Below, in pieces: positions 38,917-48,552 of a stretch of DNA of 64,000 nt. Positions within the stretch are counted from its first letter, which is position 1. Each line of letters opens with the position of its first letter. Origin of the DNA: a virus (Duplodnaviria; Caudoviricetes). The stretch spans positions 9,766-73,765 of IMG/VR virus record IMGVR_UViG_3300033076_001048. The stretch is one strand, 5' to 3'. The position numbers and the translations under genes were made by a program. The notes beneath the pieces were generated by a model. That model did no database searches, was not told the DNA's origin, and worked only from the letters and a program-made list of their open reading frames with translations.

Positions 38917-39354
38917 TCATTTATTACCTCCGTATGTTTCCTCAAACCTATCTGTAATGTAGTTACGAGTAAATTCGTCCTCATCCATATCGGTCTTGTC
39001 TAATTCTTGGTAGTAGTCTTCATAACATTCAAGACCTGTTTCAAAACCTCTTGCAAATCCAATGTGCATTGCGGTTTCTCGGGTTTGTTCACGAAGTTTT
39101 GCCCACCCAGCACTTAACTGTTCTAACTCAAGTTTATGAATTGATTTGTAACTATTTAACAAATCATTTATCTCATCACCATTTCCTTGCAAAAATCCTT
39201 TTTCGTATAAGGCGATGGCAAATAGTTCTACGCTATTTTGTGATTTATTGTTACTCATTCTTTTATCTGTTAAAAATTTAGTTAATGTTTCAGTTGTTTC
39301 TTTTTTTAATGCTTCATCCAGTTTGTTTGCAAGTTTGTTTAAGTCAATGCTCAT
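38917..39354 (-). CDS. hypothetical protein
   Basis: Probable start MSIDLNK. Confidence 0.55.
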   Translation of the reverse strand: MSIDLNKLANKLDEALKKETTETLTKFLTDKRMSNNKSQNSVELFAIALYEKGFLQGNGDEINDLLNSYKSIHKLELEQLSAGWAKLREQTRETAMHIGFARGFETGLECYEDYYQELDKTDMDEDEFTRNYITDRFEETYGGNK

Positions 39355-39596
39355 TGTTACCTCCTTGTATTTGATTCCCACATTTATTACAGTAGTAGTT
39401 TTTATTAACAAAAGAATAGTCTTTTGTGAATTGAATTCTATCCCACCTTATGTTCGTGGTGTTGCAATAACCTCCTTTTTCACATTTAGGCATATTCATA
39501 AACCAACCCCAAAAATTTTTCATGTTAAATTGTTGTGTATTTGTCATTGTTACTCATTGTTTTCAATTTTTAGTTATTAATGTTCATGTTTATATT

Positions 39597-39887
39597 TTAA
39601 TCAATCATTTTATATGTTACGTTACTTGGTTGCTCACCATTCTCAACCCTAATTCTTTCTTTGTGACCTTCGATTACTTCTAAAGCCTCTTCTTCGGTTC
39701 CCCAAGTTTCACATCCCGTTCTTGTTATATCGTAAGATGGGTTGGACGGATATCCTCTTAGAATGTTTACCCATACGGTCTCTTCTCGTTTGGTAAGAAT
39801 ACTCCCTCGTGTTTCGGTAATTTCAACTTGAGGTTGGTATCTCTTTCGTCCGTTTTTTAATTCAGTTATTTCAATTCTATATTTCAT
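39597..39887 (-). CDS. hypothetical protein
   Basis: Probable start MKYRIEITE. Confidence 0.55.
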   Translation of the reverse strand: MKYRIEITELKNGRKRYQPQVEITETRGSILTKREETVWVNILRGYPSNPSYDITRTGCETWGTEEEALEVIEGHKERIRVENGEQPSNVTYKMID

Positions 39888-39894
39888 GATTGTA

Positions 39895-40494
39895 TTAAGA
39901 TAATGAATTTGGAAGATATAGTAAAGTTGGGTTCTTTTTTTGAATATCAACGTGTGGAAAAACATTACCAAACATCATAACATCAAATCTACCAGTAATT
40001 AAATGGTACCCATTCTTAGTTGAGATAGTAGCGTAGATTTTATTACCTTCAGGTCTTGCAGTGTTAACACATCTCATAATCCTTAATAGTTCTTCCTCAT
40101 CTTTGGTATCAACATCGACAATCCATCTTTTTTCAAGAGTTTTAATTTGACCAACAACAGAATCAAATAATCCTTGTTGGAAGTTATTACCGTCCTGAAT
40201 ACGTTGAGCTAATGCAACCATCATGTTCAATGATACGTCCCTGTGGTTTTGTTTTTGGACGTGAATGTAAGCACGTGCCTTGAACATCTCACAGAGTTGT
40301 TTAATCTCATCATATCTACGTTCAAGATAATCAATACTGCTAACACAATAACTTTTAATTGTCCTAACAGATTGATGATTATCTCTTTCACCCTCAGGTT
40401 GGTCTTTCTTTCGTTTGAAGACGTAAAGCATATAAAAATCACCCTTTTCCTCAAAGTTTAATAGTTGTTTGATTTGTTCTAAATTATCAATCAT
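39895..40494 (-). CDS. conserved phage protein of unknown function
   Basis: FYML..FKRKKD, RAYIH, WIVDVD, TKNGYHLIT motifs suggest an enzyme. Confidence 0.7.
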   Translation of the reverse strand: MIDNLEQIKQLLNFEEKGDFYMLYVFKRKKDQPEGERDNHQSVRTIKSYCVSSIDYLERRYDEIKQLCEMFKARAYIHVQKQNHRDVSLNMMVALAQRIQDGNNFQQGLFDSVVGQIKTLEKRWIVDVDTKDEEELLRIMRCVNTARPEGNKIYATISTKNGYHLITGRFDVMMFGNVFPHVDIQKKNPTLLYLPNSLS

Positions 40495-40924
40495 ATACGT
40501 TAACTTTTTTTAATAGTTTATTAATTTTTCTATCACCAACTTTTGTTGGTAATTTTTTCAAATACTTGATGAACTGACCTCGTTCCATTCTTGGAAATTT
40601 AGATGGTGGGTATTTACCTGAATCAAAATCCCAATTTGTTGTGTCAATATTTTCCCAATAAAGATGTTGAATTGTAGTATCAACAACACTATGTTCATCA
40701 CTTTCACCCCAATAGTCGGCAGTCCAGAAATGAACTTCAGGCATATATAAGGGCCACCTATATCCACCACTACTTCTGTAATGCTTTCTATTGTGCCAAT
40801 GATATTCAGCCCAATATAAGTCCTTTATCTTGAAATCCTCAAGTAATCCTTTTCTATAAAGAAGATAAACAATTTGTTTCTCCTCTTTAATCCAACGTCT
40901 TTTAACTTTTGGTGTACGTGCCAT
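40487..40924 (-). CDS. hypothetical protein
   Basis: Probable start MARTPK. Confidence 0.6.
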   Translation of the reverse strand: MARTPKVKRRWIKEEKQIVYLLYRKGLLEDFKIKDLYWAEYHWHNRKHYRSSGGYRWPLYMPEVHFWTADYWGESDEHSVVDTTIQHLYWENIDTTNWDFDSGKYPPSKFPRMERGQFIKYLKKLPTKVGDRKINKLLKKVNVYD

Positions 40925-41018
40925 TATAGTCCTGTTATTAATTTGAATATTACATATGCCAACATCCATCCCATAAAGAAACCTTTGGCAAAATCACTTG
41001 GTTGTTTTACTTCTCTTT

Positions 41019-41762
41019 TCATAGTTCTGTTGTTGGTTTTAACCACATTCCACGACCAAACATGATTTCGATAAGTTTTGGATTTGTGTATTTAATTTTT
41101 TCAAACAAGTCTAAAGTTTTGATGGTGTCGTGTTTCATCATCTTATAAACCTCATCCCTAATACGTTCTTGTGAGACAACCTGTTCAAGTTTTTCCACAA
41201 CAGAATCCATCAAACATGTTTCCCAAATTCTTGGTGAAATGTCAAACCCTTTTGTGATTGAGAATCTAAATGCTCTTAATAATCTTAATGGGTCATCCAT
41301 CATGGTTACACGAGCATCCAATGGTGTTAATAATAGTTTATTTTCCAATGCCCACATACCGTCAAATAAATCAATGATGTTTCCGTTTTCGTCTTTTGCC
41401 ATAGCATTTAAGGTAAAATCCCTACGTTCCAAATCGTCTTTTAACGTGCCAGGAACAACAATAGGTTGTCTTGTACCTTCCACATACCCAACCTCTTTTC
41501 TTGCCATTACAAAGTCTGCAACACCCTGATGCGTATGTTCTTTTGGGAACTTGGCTCTGATGGTAAAACAATCAGGTGTGACCAAGAATATTTCATACCC
41601 TTCAACCTTTAAGTATTCCTCTAAAATACCAAACATAGTGTGAGCAGAACTAACATCTTTCAACAGTTCTTCACTTGGAACTGCAACATAATCAATGTCT
41701 TTGGATTTGAGTCCAAGAATTTCATCTCGAACACAACCACCCACTTCATAGAATTTAAACAT
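41019..41762 (-). CDS. cca: tRNA nucleotidyltransferase (CCA-adding/poly(A) polymerase family), compact
   Basis: VGGCVRD..KDID; DDLERRDFTLNAMA; DDPLRLLRAFRF; SQERI. Confidence 0.9.
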   Translation of the reverse strand: MFKFYEVGGCVRDEILGLKSKDIDYVAVPSEELLKDVSSAHTMFGILEEYLKVEGYEIFLVTPDCFTIRAKFPKEHTHQGVADFVMARKEVGYVEGTRQPIVVPGTLKDDLERRDFTLNAMAKDENGNIIDLFDGMWALENKLLLTPLDARVTMMDDPLRLLRAFRFSITKGFDISPRIWETCLMDSVVEKLEQVVSQERIRDEVYKMMKHDTIKTLDLFEKIKYTNPKLIEIMFGRGMWLKPTTEL

Positions 41763-41831
41763 ATTACAAAAATAATAAAAAATCCCCACACTTTCGTATG
41801 AGGATTACATTTTTTTTATAATTTTGATTTG

Positions 41832-42365
41832 TTAGAATGTTTTTACCTTCATATATGGTTCTAAATCATATTTGTCTATAATCTGTTTGAAGATTTGTTG
41901 TCTGTATCTTTTACCTAATGTGTTTCGTTGTGTAATTCCATAATAACCAAACCCTGAATCACCACTCATACCAATAACTTTATAATATGGTTGTCCATGT
42001 ATTGTCGTCAGTTTTGCTCGTGCTTCGAATGAATATTGCATACCATTTTTGGAACCAAATCTGAATTTACCTAAATATCTTTGAATTTCCCTACCATATT
42101 TATAATCCCCCAATTTAAGTTTCTCGACTAAAATTTCATGTAAGTATAACGACATTCCATCTGCAGACATATAGATAAGTGGTAAGTGACTATCTTCACT
42201 AAATTTAATTAGGTCACCATCATACATAATATCTAAAAAATTATCAATTCCACCAAGATATTTTAAAGTATTCTGAAAACCAAAATCATCAACCATACCT
42301 TGAATAATTTCTTTTTGCTCGACCTCTGTTTCTTCTTTTAATATTTTACGGATTAATTCTTTCAT
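41832..42365 (-). CDS. leader-motif protein
   Basis: MKELIRKILKEE. Confidence 0.7.
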   Translation of the reverse strand: MKELIRKILKEETEVEQKEIIQGMVDDFGFQNTLKYLGGIDNFLDIMYDGDLIKFSEDSHLPLIYMSADGMSLYLHEILVEKLKLGDYKYGREIQRYLGKFRFGSKNGMQYSFEARAKLTTIHGQPYYKVIGMSGDSGFGYYGITQRNTLGKRYRQQIFKQIIDKYDLEPYMKVKTF

Positions 42366-42412
42366 ATAAGGTTATATATAAATAGTTTGATTTTAATATA
42401 TTTATAAATTAT

Positions 42413-43891
42413 ATGGCATTTTTACCAATTACCTTTAACACTGGGTCTACAATATCAGGAACTACGCAATATGGAAATATTGCTGTTGGTTCTGAAAATT
42501 TTGATATATCAGCATATTCAAACCGTAATTGGTATTATTCACCTACAAATGTTTCAGGATGGACAATATTTTCAGACACAGGAACCATTTGGGGTAACGC
42601 AAACCCAATTCCAACATTTTGGGTAGCACCTGATTTTACAAGTAATTCTTTAATAAATTTAGTCAATCAGTTACCCAATAGAAATGGATTGGTTACACCA
42701 ATAACTACAAGTGGTGACGCAATTTCATGGTTATCAACTAACGGTTACTACACCAATAGTCCCGTATCATTTATGCCCTTAATAATGTCGTTCACAACAA
42801 CTACCTCAAATGAATCAATTGTCTTACCATTTATTCAAGGTGGTTATTATGAAGGAACAATAAATTGGGGTGATGGTACAACTTCTAATAGTTCATATGA
42901 TAATAGAACACACGTGTACTCAACTGCAAGTGCTTACACAGTAACAATAAGTGGTAGATGTGAAGGATTTACATTTGAACCAGGCTTAGGTAGTAGTTAT
43001 AATAAAGTTAGTTCTGTTACTCAATGGGGTAGTATGTTGTTTGGGTCGAACAGACAAGGTACTGATAGTTATTTTCAAGGTACATCAAATTTAAATTTAA
43101 CCGCAGTTTCAGATGTTCCATCTACATCGGGATTAACAAATTGGTGGGAAATGTTTAGAGATAGAACTCAAGGTAATCCATCTATTAATAGATTAAATGA
43201 ATGGGATACAAGAAGTGCCACCGCAATGGGTCTTATGTATAATAGAAACTTTTCATGGAATCAAAATATTGGGAATTGGGACGTATCAAACGTTAGTTTG
43301 TTTACTCAAATGTTCTATAGAGCTAACTCATATAATAATGGTGGTTCAGACACAATTAAAAATTGGAATACAAGCGCAGCAACTTCAATGGCTGCGATGT
43401 TTTATCAAACTCAATTTAATCAACCAATAACAGGTTGGAATGTTAGTAATGTAACAAATATGAGTCAGATGTTTCAACAAACACCTTTCAATTATCCAAT
43501 TAATAGTTGGGATGTTAAAAATGTTACAAATATGGGTTCTATGTTTTATGGTTGTACTTCATTTAACCAACCATTAAGTAGTTGGACAACATCAGCTTGT
43601 ACAAATATGTCATATATGTTTTATGGTGCAACATCATTTAATCAAGATATTGGTAATTGGAACGTAAGTAATGTTTCAAACTTCACGGGTTTTATGGGAA
43701 CTAAAACTGATTTAACTTTTTCATCATCTAATTTAGATTCTATTTATAATGGTTGGTCATCAAGACCTGTACAACCAAACATTTCAATAAGTTTTGGAAC
43801 CGCAAAATATACGTCAGCTAGCGCCGCTGGTAAAGCAATATTAACAGGTTCACCAAACAATTGGACAATAACAGACGGAGGACAAATATAA
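42413..43891 (+). CDS. BspA/DUF285-type repeat surface or virion protein
   Basis: Repeated FNQ.IGNWDVSNVTNMS.MF units. Confidence 0.85.
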   Translation: MAFLPITFNTGSTISGTTQYGNIAVGSENFDISAYSNRNWYYSPTNVSGWTIFSDTGTIWGNANPIPTFWVAPDFTSNSLINLVNQLPNRNGLVTPITTSGDAISWLSTNGYYTNSPVSFMPLIMSFTTTTSNESIVLPFIQGGYYEGTINWGDGTTSNSSYDNRTHVYSTASAYTVTISGRCEGFTFEPGLGSSYNKVSSVTQWGSMLFGSNRQGTDSYFQGTSNLNLTAVSDVPSTSGLTNWWEMFRDRTQGNPSINRLNEWDTRSATAMGLMYNRNFSWNQNIGNWDVSNVSLFTQMFYRANSYNNGGSDTIKNWNTSAATSMAAMFYQTQFNQPITGWNVSNVTNMSQMFQQTPFNYPINSWDVKNVTNMGSMFYGCTSFNQPLSSWTTSACTNMSYMFYGATSFNQDIGNWNVSNVSNFTGFMGTKTDLTFSSSNLDSIYNGWSSRPVQPNISISFGTAKYTSASAAGKAILTGSPNNWTITDGGQI

Positions 43892-44247
43892 TGAGTCAAA
43901 TAACATTTCCAACACAAACAACATATTATATATGTTACATTGATAATCAAACATTTAATGCTGGTTTTGTTGAACCAAATCAAGAAATGATAAGTGGTTT
44001 ACCATATATTTTTGAAACAACATCAAAAGTTGATTGGTTAAATGAATTAGTTAATTATAATACTTATTTGGGTTATATCTTCAATGACATTGAAGACGCT
44101 AATGATGCTAAAATAAGTGTTGATAATTACTATGGACCTAATACTTGTATAATTAATTATACTACAAACAATGACCCAAATTTTTGGTATATACTTGGAA
44201 CATTTACACCAGTTTTAGGTGACCCAATTTTATTTCAAATAAGTTAA
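43891..44247 (+). CDS. hypothetical protein coupled to the BspA-like gene
   Basis: ATG overlaps previous stop. Confidence 0.6.
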   Translation: MSQITFPTQTTYYICYIDNQTFNAGFVEPNQEMISGLPYIFETTSKVDWLNELVNYNTYLGYIFNDIEDANDAKISVDNYYGPNTCIINYTTNNDPNFWYILGTFTPVLGDPILFQIS

Positions 44248-44263
44248 ACTTTATAATAATCAC

Positions 44264-44605
44264 ATGAATAATCTTATAAACGAATCGTACAATGAACAAG
44301 AGATTTTGGATTTGATTGATTTCATTGTTCCAAATTTAACAATCCAAGAATCAAAATTGGTTTTTAGAAAAAGGAAAAAAGATAATAATCTTTACTTTGT
44401 AGATGAAAACGGTTTGAAATATTTTCAATATAATATTGCCAGTAATGAATTAGGATTTTATCATGAAATAATGGAAGATGTAATGAAATACATGCCAGGA
44501 ACAAAAATAATCTTCTACAAGTTAATTAGAGAGTGGTTTAAAAACAAATATGATTTACCTGTTAAAGGTATTCCGTTTGCAATGAAATCAAGTTACTTTA
44601 TTTAA
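44264..44605 (+). CDS. hypothetical protein
   Basis: ORF track. Confidence 0.6.
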   Translation: MNNLINESYNEQEILDLIDFIVPNLTIQESKLVFRKRKKDNNLYFVDENGLKYFQYNIASNELGFYHEIMEDVMKYMPGTKIIFYKLIREWFKNKYDLPVKGIPFAMKSSYFI

Positions 44606-44638
44606 CAATTTTCATTACATAAAAATATAATAAAATAC

Positions 44639-45064
44639 TTAAAGGTCTAATATTGTGTAGTAGTGATGTTCTTCAGATAAAAATTCTGATGTTGGATGTG
44701 GGTCAAAATATGGCACCAACTTATTATTCACATTTTGATAAACACAACAATGTGGTTTTTTTCTTTGTGATAAACCTCTAACAATAACAAACTCTTGTGT
44801 TGGTATTTCATTAAGACCTTTATATTTTAATGTCTTATTGTATTTCATTTTTAACCACAAATCCATAATCTTAAACCACTGATGTTCACCAGGTCTTAAT
44901 GTCTTATCTTTGTCTAAACCATAGAACACATATATGTTTGGTACCTCGTCAATCGGTAATTCTAATATAGACGCAAAACACGCTATTAAGCAATTACCAT
45001 AGGTCATTCGCTTACCATCAGAAAAAAACAAAGAATACTTTGTTTGATTAACAATTTTTACCAT
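44639..45064 (-). CDS. small papain-like peptidase fold candidate
   Basis: GNCLIACFASIL..H..FDP. Confidence 0.5.
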   Translation of the reverse strand: MVKIVNQTKYSLFFSDGKRMTYGNCLIACFASILELPIDEVPNIYVFYGLDKDKTLRPGEHQWFKIMDLWLKMKYNKTLKYKGLNEIPTQEFVIVRGLSQRKKPHCCVYQNVNNKLVPYFDPHPTSEFLSEEHHYYTILDL

Positions 45065-45075
45065 ATTTATAAATA
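45064..45075. promoter_or_regulatory. palindromic TATTTATAAATA between divergent start codons (phage promoter-like motif, example)
   Basis: Starts at 45064(-) and 45077(+) are 12 nt apart; same palindrome at 55621-55632. Confidence 0.6.
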
Positions 45076-45076
45076 C

Positions 45077-45829
45077 ATGAACTTACAAGAACAAATATAT
45101 AGGTCAAGAAAACTTATGATTGAAAATCACCAAGAACGATTATCTTTGGTTGAAGATTTATTAAATGATTTTTTGAGTTTTGATGGAAATATTTCATATA
45201 AAACAGTTCATGAGGATGTTGATGAGATAATAACAGGATTTAGTGTTGAAGCAACAATCGATTCGTCAATGTACCACATGGTTTCTCCAAACTACAACCC
45301 TGAGTATAATGAATTTTTGAACTATTTAGATGATAAAATTTATAAATTAGTTAATAACTATTTGGGTGATGATGTTCAGTATGAAGTGGTAGTATTTTTT
45401 CATAAGAATGTTGAAAAGGTAATTGAAGTTTCAAAACCAATGTTAAAAAAGGCAATGGGTGTATATTCAAGAGATTATCATTATCCAAATTTAAATTTTA
45501 AATTTATTTCAAACTTACGTAATCCAGCATTAACTATTTTTATTGAAAAGAATGTTGAGAATGGTTTGGCATTTAATCACACATATTTTAAGGAAACGTT
45601 AAATGGTTTATTCTATGATAGAATGGGTCATGGATTATTTGATGATTTCTACATTACTGCAGTTACCAGTGATTTTGAAAAAACTCAAACAACAAAAATA
45701 TATGAATCGGTTGTTGACGGTAAAGTAATATGTGATAATTGTGATTGGTCTTGGGAATTATCTGATGGTGGAAAAGACCCCTACACTTGTCATAAGTGTG
45801 GTCATGAAAACAAAAACCCCCACGATTAA
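45077..45829 (+). CDS. leader-motif protein with C-terminal Zn ribbon
   Basis: MNLQEQIYRSRKLM; CDNC..CHKC. Confidence 0.7.
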   Translation: MNLQEQIYRSRKLMIENHQERLSLVEDLLNDFLSFDGNISYKTVHEDVDEIITGFSVEATIDSSMYHMVSPNYNPEYNEFLNYLDDKIYKLVNNYLGDDVQYEVVVFFHKNVEKVIEVSKPMLKKAMGVYSRDYHYPNLNFKFISNLRNPALTIFIEKNVENGLAFNHTYFKETLNGLFYDRMGHGLFDDFYITAVTSDFEKTQTTKIYESVVDGKVICDNCDWSWELSDGGKDPYTCHKCGHENKNPHD

Positions 45830-45862
45830 GTGAGGGTTCATATTACCTTGTGATTTTTGTTT

Positions 45863-46780
45863 TTAGTCAATAACAATTGCTCTTAGTCCGTTTGACCTAA
45901 GAGAATCTGTTTGTATGTAAATTAGTTTATTTTCATTCCTCTTTAGAAAATTATCTAAAGTGTCTCTATAAGTCACCATTGTATAAAGTTTAGTACCAAT
46001 ACTTACTTGATTATCCATTGTATAATGAATCTCAGTTTTAGTTCTTACCACTTGATTTCCACACTGAGGACAAAACTTATAATTGTCTTTAACTTTGGTG
46101 CCACATCCACTACATTTTTTAATCAAATCTTTTGTGGTTATGTCTTTTGCACTGTATGGTAATATTTTCCACTCTTTTATCCAACTAACATTTGTGTTAA
46201 ACATTTCGTAACTTGAATCAAAATGTTGGTCACTTTTATTACCTTTTTCAACTCTACCTGTTTCAATTTTTGCAACAGAGGTGCTTGTGTTTCCTATGAT
46301 ACTTGAATTTCCAAGACCATTTGAGGTTGTAATAGTTGAGTTTCCATTTACTATTCCGCTCCCATATAACAATGGCATAGAATTGAAATATGTATATCCA
46401 CCAAGATGACCATAATTAGTGAATACCATTTTATTGAAGAACTCAACGGTAACTAATCCGTTATTCTCAATAGCCCTCTGATTAGTTTTACTATCAGAAA
46501 CTTCGTAGGTTTCAAATAAAAACTTTCGGTCTTCGTCCAAGTATCTTTCCAAGAATACTCTTTGACCAGGTTTTATCACAATACCCGAATTTGAAATGCG
46601 ACTGCCGTTCAAACTGATTTTTGCTAAAATACTGTCGTTGGTGGGATTATGGAGTTCAATCTCAAACTCCGTTCTGTCGTGTAGATACACATTTTTACCG
46701 TTCTGTTTTTGTCTTTGCTTTCTAACGGTAATGAAAGCGCTTGGTTCCGCAGAACCAAAATTGTAATTTTGTTGATACAT
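45863..46780 (-). CDS. conserved phage protein with zinc ribbon
   Basis: EFEIELHNPT..FETYEV; CSGC..CPQC; probable start MYQQNY. Confidence 0.7.
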   Translation of the reverse strand: MYQQNYNFGSAEPSAFITVRKQRQKQNGKNVYLHDRTEFEIELHNPTNDSILAKISLNGSRISNSGIVIKPGQRVFLERYLDEDRKFLFETYEVSDSKTNQRAIENNGLVTVEFFNKMVFTNYGHLGGYTYFNSMPLLYGSGIVNGNSTITTSNGLGNSSIIGNTSTSVAKIETGRVEKGNKSDQHFDSSYEMFNTNVSWIKEWKILPYSAKDITTKDLIKKCSGCGTKVKDNYKFCPQCGNQVVRTKTEIHYTMDNQVSIGTKLYTMVTYRDTLDNFLKRNENKLIYIQTDSLRSNGLRAIVID

Positions 46781-46806
46781 TTTGTTTTTCCTTATTTTTG
46801 GTTTAT

Positions 46807-46870
46807 TTGAACTCCACTTCGTTGGGTGTTTATTCCAACTCAACCGACTCAATGTTCGGGTGGACCTCAA
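46807..46870 (-). promoter_or_regulatory. candidate structured 5' UTR (three-way junction)
   Basis: TTGAG-G-TCCAC/GTGGA-G-TTCAA helix enclosing CCGA/TCGG and GTTGG/CCAAC hairpins. Confidence 0.45.
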
Positions 46871-46918
46871 TCACAAGGTTTGATAATAAGTATATTTGTT
46901 ATTAATTATTAATCAATA

Positions 46919-47119
46919 TTATTCTGAATTTTCTTTTTTGTATCTTTTCCATTCAATCCAAAATCCAATAGCTACTATAATGTTCATACCCAAAGACATT
47001 AAAATTTCATGAATGTCTTGATACACATTCATTGTCAAATGAATATGTCCAACAACCCAAAATGGAATTGATAAGTTACTTGCAATCCATACCAATAGGT
47101 AAGTTATAAATTTACGCAT
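46919..47119 (-). CDS. small membrane protein
   Basis: Two hydrophobic segments. Confidence 0.55.
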   Translation of the reverse strand: MRKFITYLLVWIASNLSIPFWVVGHIHLTMNVYQDIHEILMSLGMNIIVAIGFWIEWKRYKKENSE

Positions 47120-47480
47120 AGTGTTTAACCAAGATGTGTGCACTCTTATAATTAGTTGCAAGTGGTGTATCGTGAACATCACATAACCTTAATAACATTT
47201 GAACATCAGGTTCATGTGGATGTCTATCTAATGGGTCTCTAAAAAATATAACACCTTCAAGTTCTCCTTTTGCAACCATTGAACCAATTTCAGCATCTCC
47301 ACCCATTGGTCCTGAGTTTACTGTTTGTACTTTTTCAACACCAGCGTGTTGTATTCTTTTACCTGTTGTTCCTGTTGCAACAATTTCAACATCAGGTCTA
47401 TTAAAAAAATCTAATCGTTTCATCACAAAAGCAACCATATCTGCTTTCTTTCCGTCGTGTGCTATTAATGCAAATTTCAT
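47112..47480 (-). CDS. mgsA: methylglyoxal synthase
   Basis: ALIAHDGKK, ATGTTG, SGPMGGD, FFRDPL..HEPDV..LLRLCD..PLATN. Confidence 0.93.
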   Translation of the reverse strand: MKFALIAHDGKKADMVAFVMKRLDFFNRPDVEIVATGTTGKRIQHAGVEKVQTVNSGPMGGDAEIGSMVAKGELEGVIFFRDPLDRHPHEPDVQMLLRLCDVHDTPLATNYKSAHILVKHYA

Positions 47481-47542
47481 ACCCAAAATATAGTAATATT
47501 ATTAAAATAAAAAACCCCCACCAAAGTGAGGGTTTGTTATGA

Positions 47543-48376
47543 TTAAGCTAATTCCATTTCTTCCTGTCTCATTAACTCATATGCTCTTGCCATACGTGTC
47601 ATTCCGATTCCACCACCAAATCTTGGGAAGAATTCAAATGATAAGAATTGTTCCAATTCAGCTTCAACTCTTTCTTTACCAAATAGTTCAAACAACTTGG
47701 CACAATAACCACCATCTTCAATTGTATAGAACATCTCTCTCATTTTTTCAACATCACATGAACGTTCTGCCGAACCAATTGTTTCTTGTCCATAAAGAAT
47801 AACATCAACCTTATTGAATATCTCACCGTCTTTATGTTTCATATTCCAAAATGGATTTGTTCTTCTTGGGAAATGTTGTAATGAAACAACAGGACCTTTT
47901 TCGTTCCACATTCTTGATTCGTGTTCATCTTCTAAAATTGGAACTCCTCCGTATTCTTCACATACGTCATCATAATTAACCTGAACCATCTCATCACTAA
48001 ATCCAAGATAAGCCAAAAGGTCACCTTCTAATTTAATAAGTTCTTTCATTCCACCTTTAGATTCAAATTCAAACATTGGAAAAATTAATTCGTGACGACC
48101 TGGTATTGGGTTCTTTTCTTCTCTGTATGATGTTGAAATACAAAATACTCCTTCCCATTCAGGATTCATTAATAATTCATGTTCTAACCACATTTGTCCT
48201 GTTTGTGGTAATGGCCAAATCAATCCACCATATTCAAATGTTTTCACTGAATGTGGATTTTCACATGCTGCCAAAATTGATAATCTACTTTGTGTAGGAA
48301 CTTCTTTGAAACCTCTTTGTAAGAAGAAACTTCTCATCTTCTGTACTAACTCGTTGTAAATTTGTGTGTTTTTCAT
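47543..48376 (-). CDS. class II aaRS-like asparagine synthetase (no anticodon-binding domain)
   Basis: LPQTGQMWLE, SYREE..RH..F.MFEFE, GQETIGSAER, PRFGGGIGMTR. Confidence 0.75.
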   Translation of the reverse strand: MKNTQIYNELVQKMRSFFLQRGFKEVPTQSRLSILAACENPHSVKTFEYGGLIWPLPQTGQMWLEHELLMNPEWEGVFCISTSYREEKNPIPGRHELIFPMFEFESKGGMKELIKLEGDLLAYLGFSDEMVQVNYDDVCEEYGGVPILEDEHESRMWNEKGPVVSLQHFPRRTNPFWNMKHKDGEIFNKVDVILYGQETIGSAERSCDVEKMREMFYTIEDGGYCAKLFELFGKERVEAELEQFLSFEFFPRFGGGIGMTRMARAYELMRQEEMELA

Positions 48377-48552
48377 ATATGTTTTTTTCTTTTTTTATTT
48401 TCGTATGGGCAAAAAAAATCCCTTCATTAGAGAAGGGATTTAATTAATAATATATAATATTTTTGTTTATTTCGATTCGGACTATATTCGTGATTTCGTA
48501 ACATTGAAAATAAATATATCAAATCTTTTTAAAGTATCAAGTTTTTAAAAAA

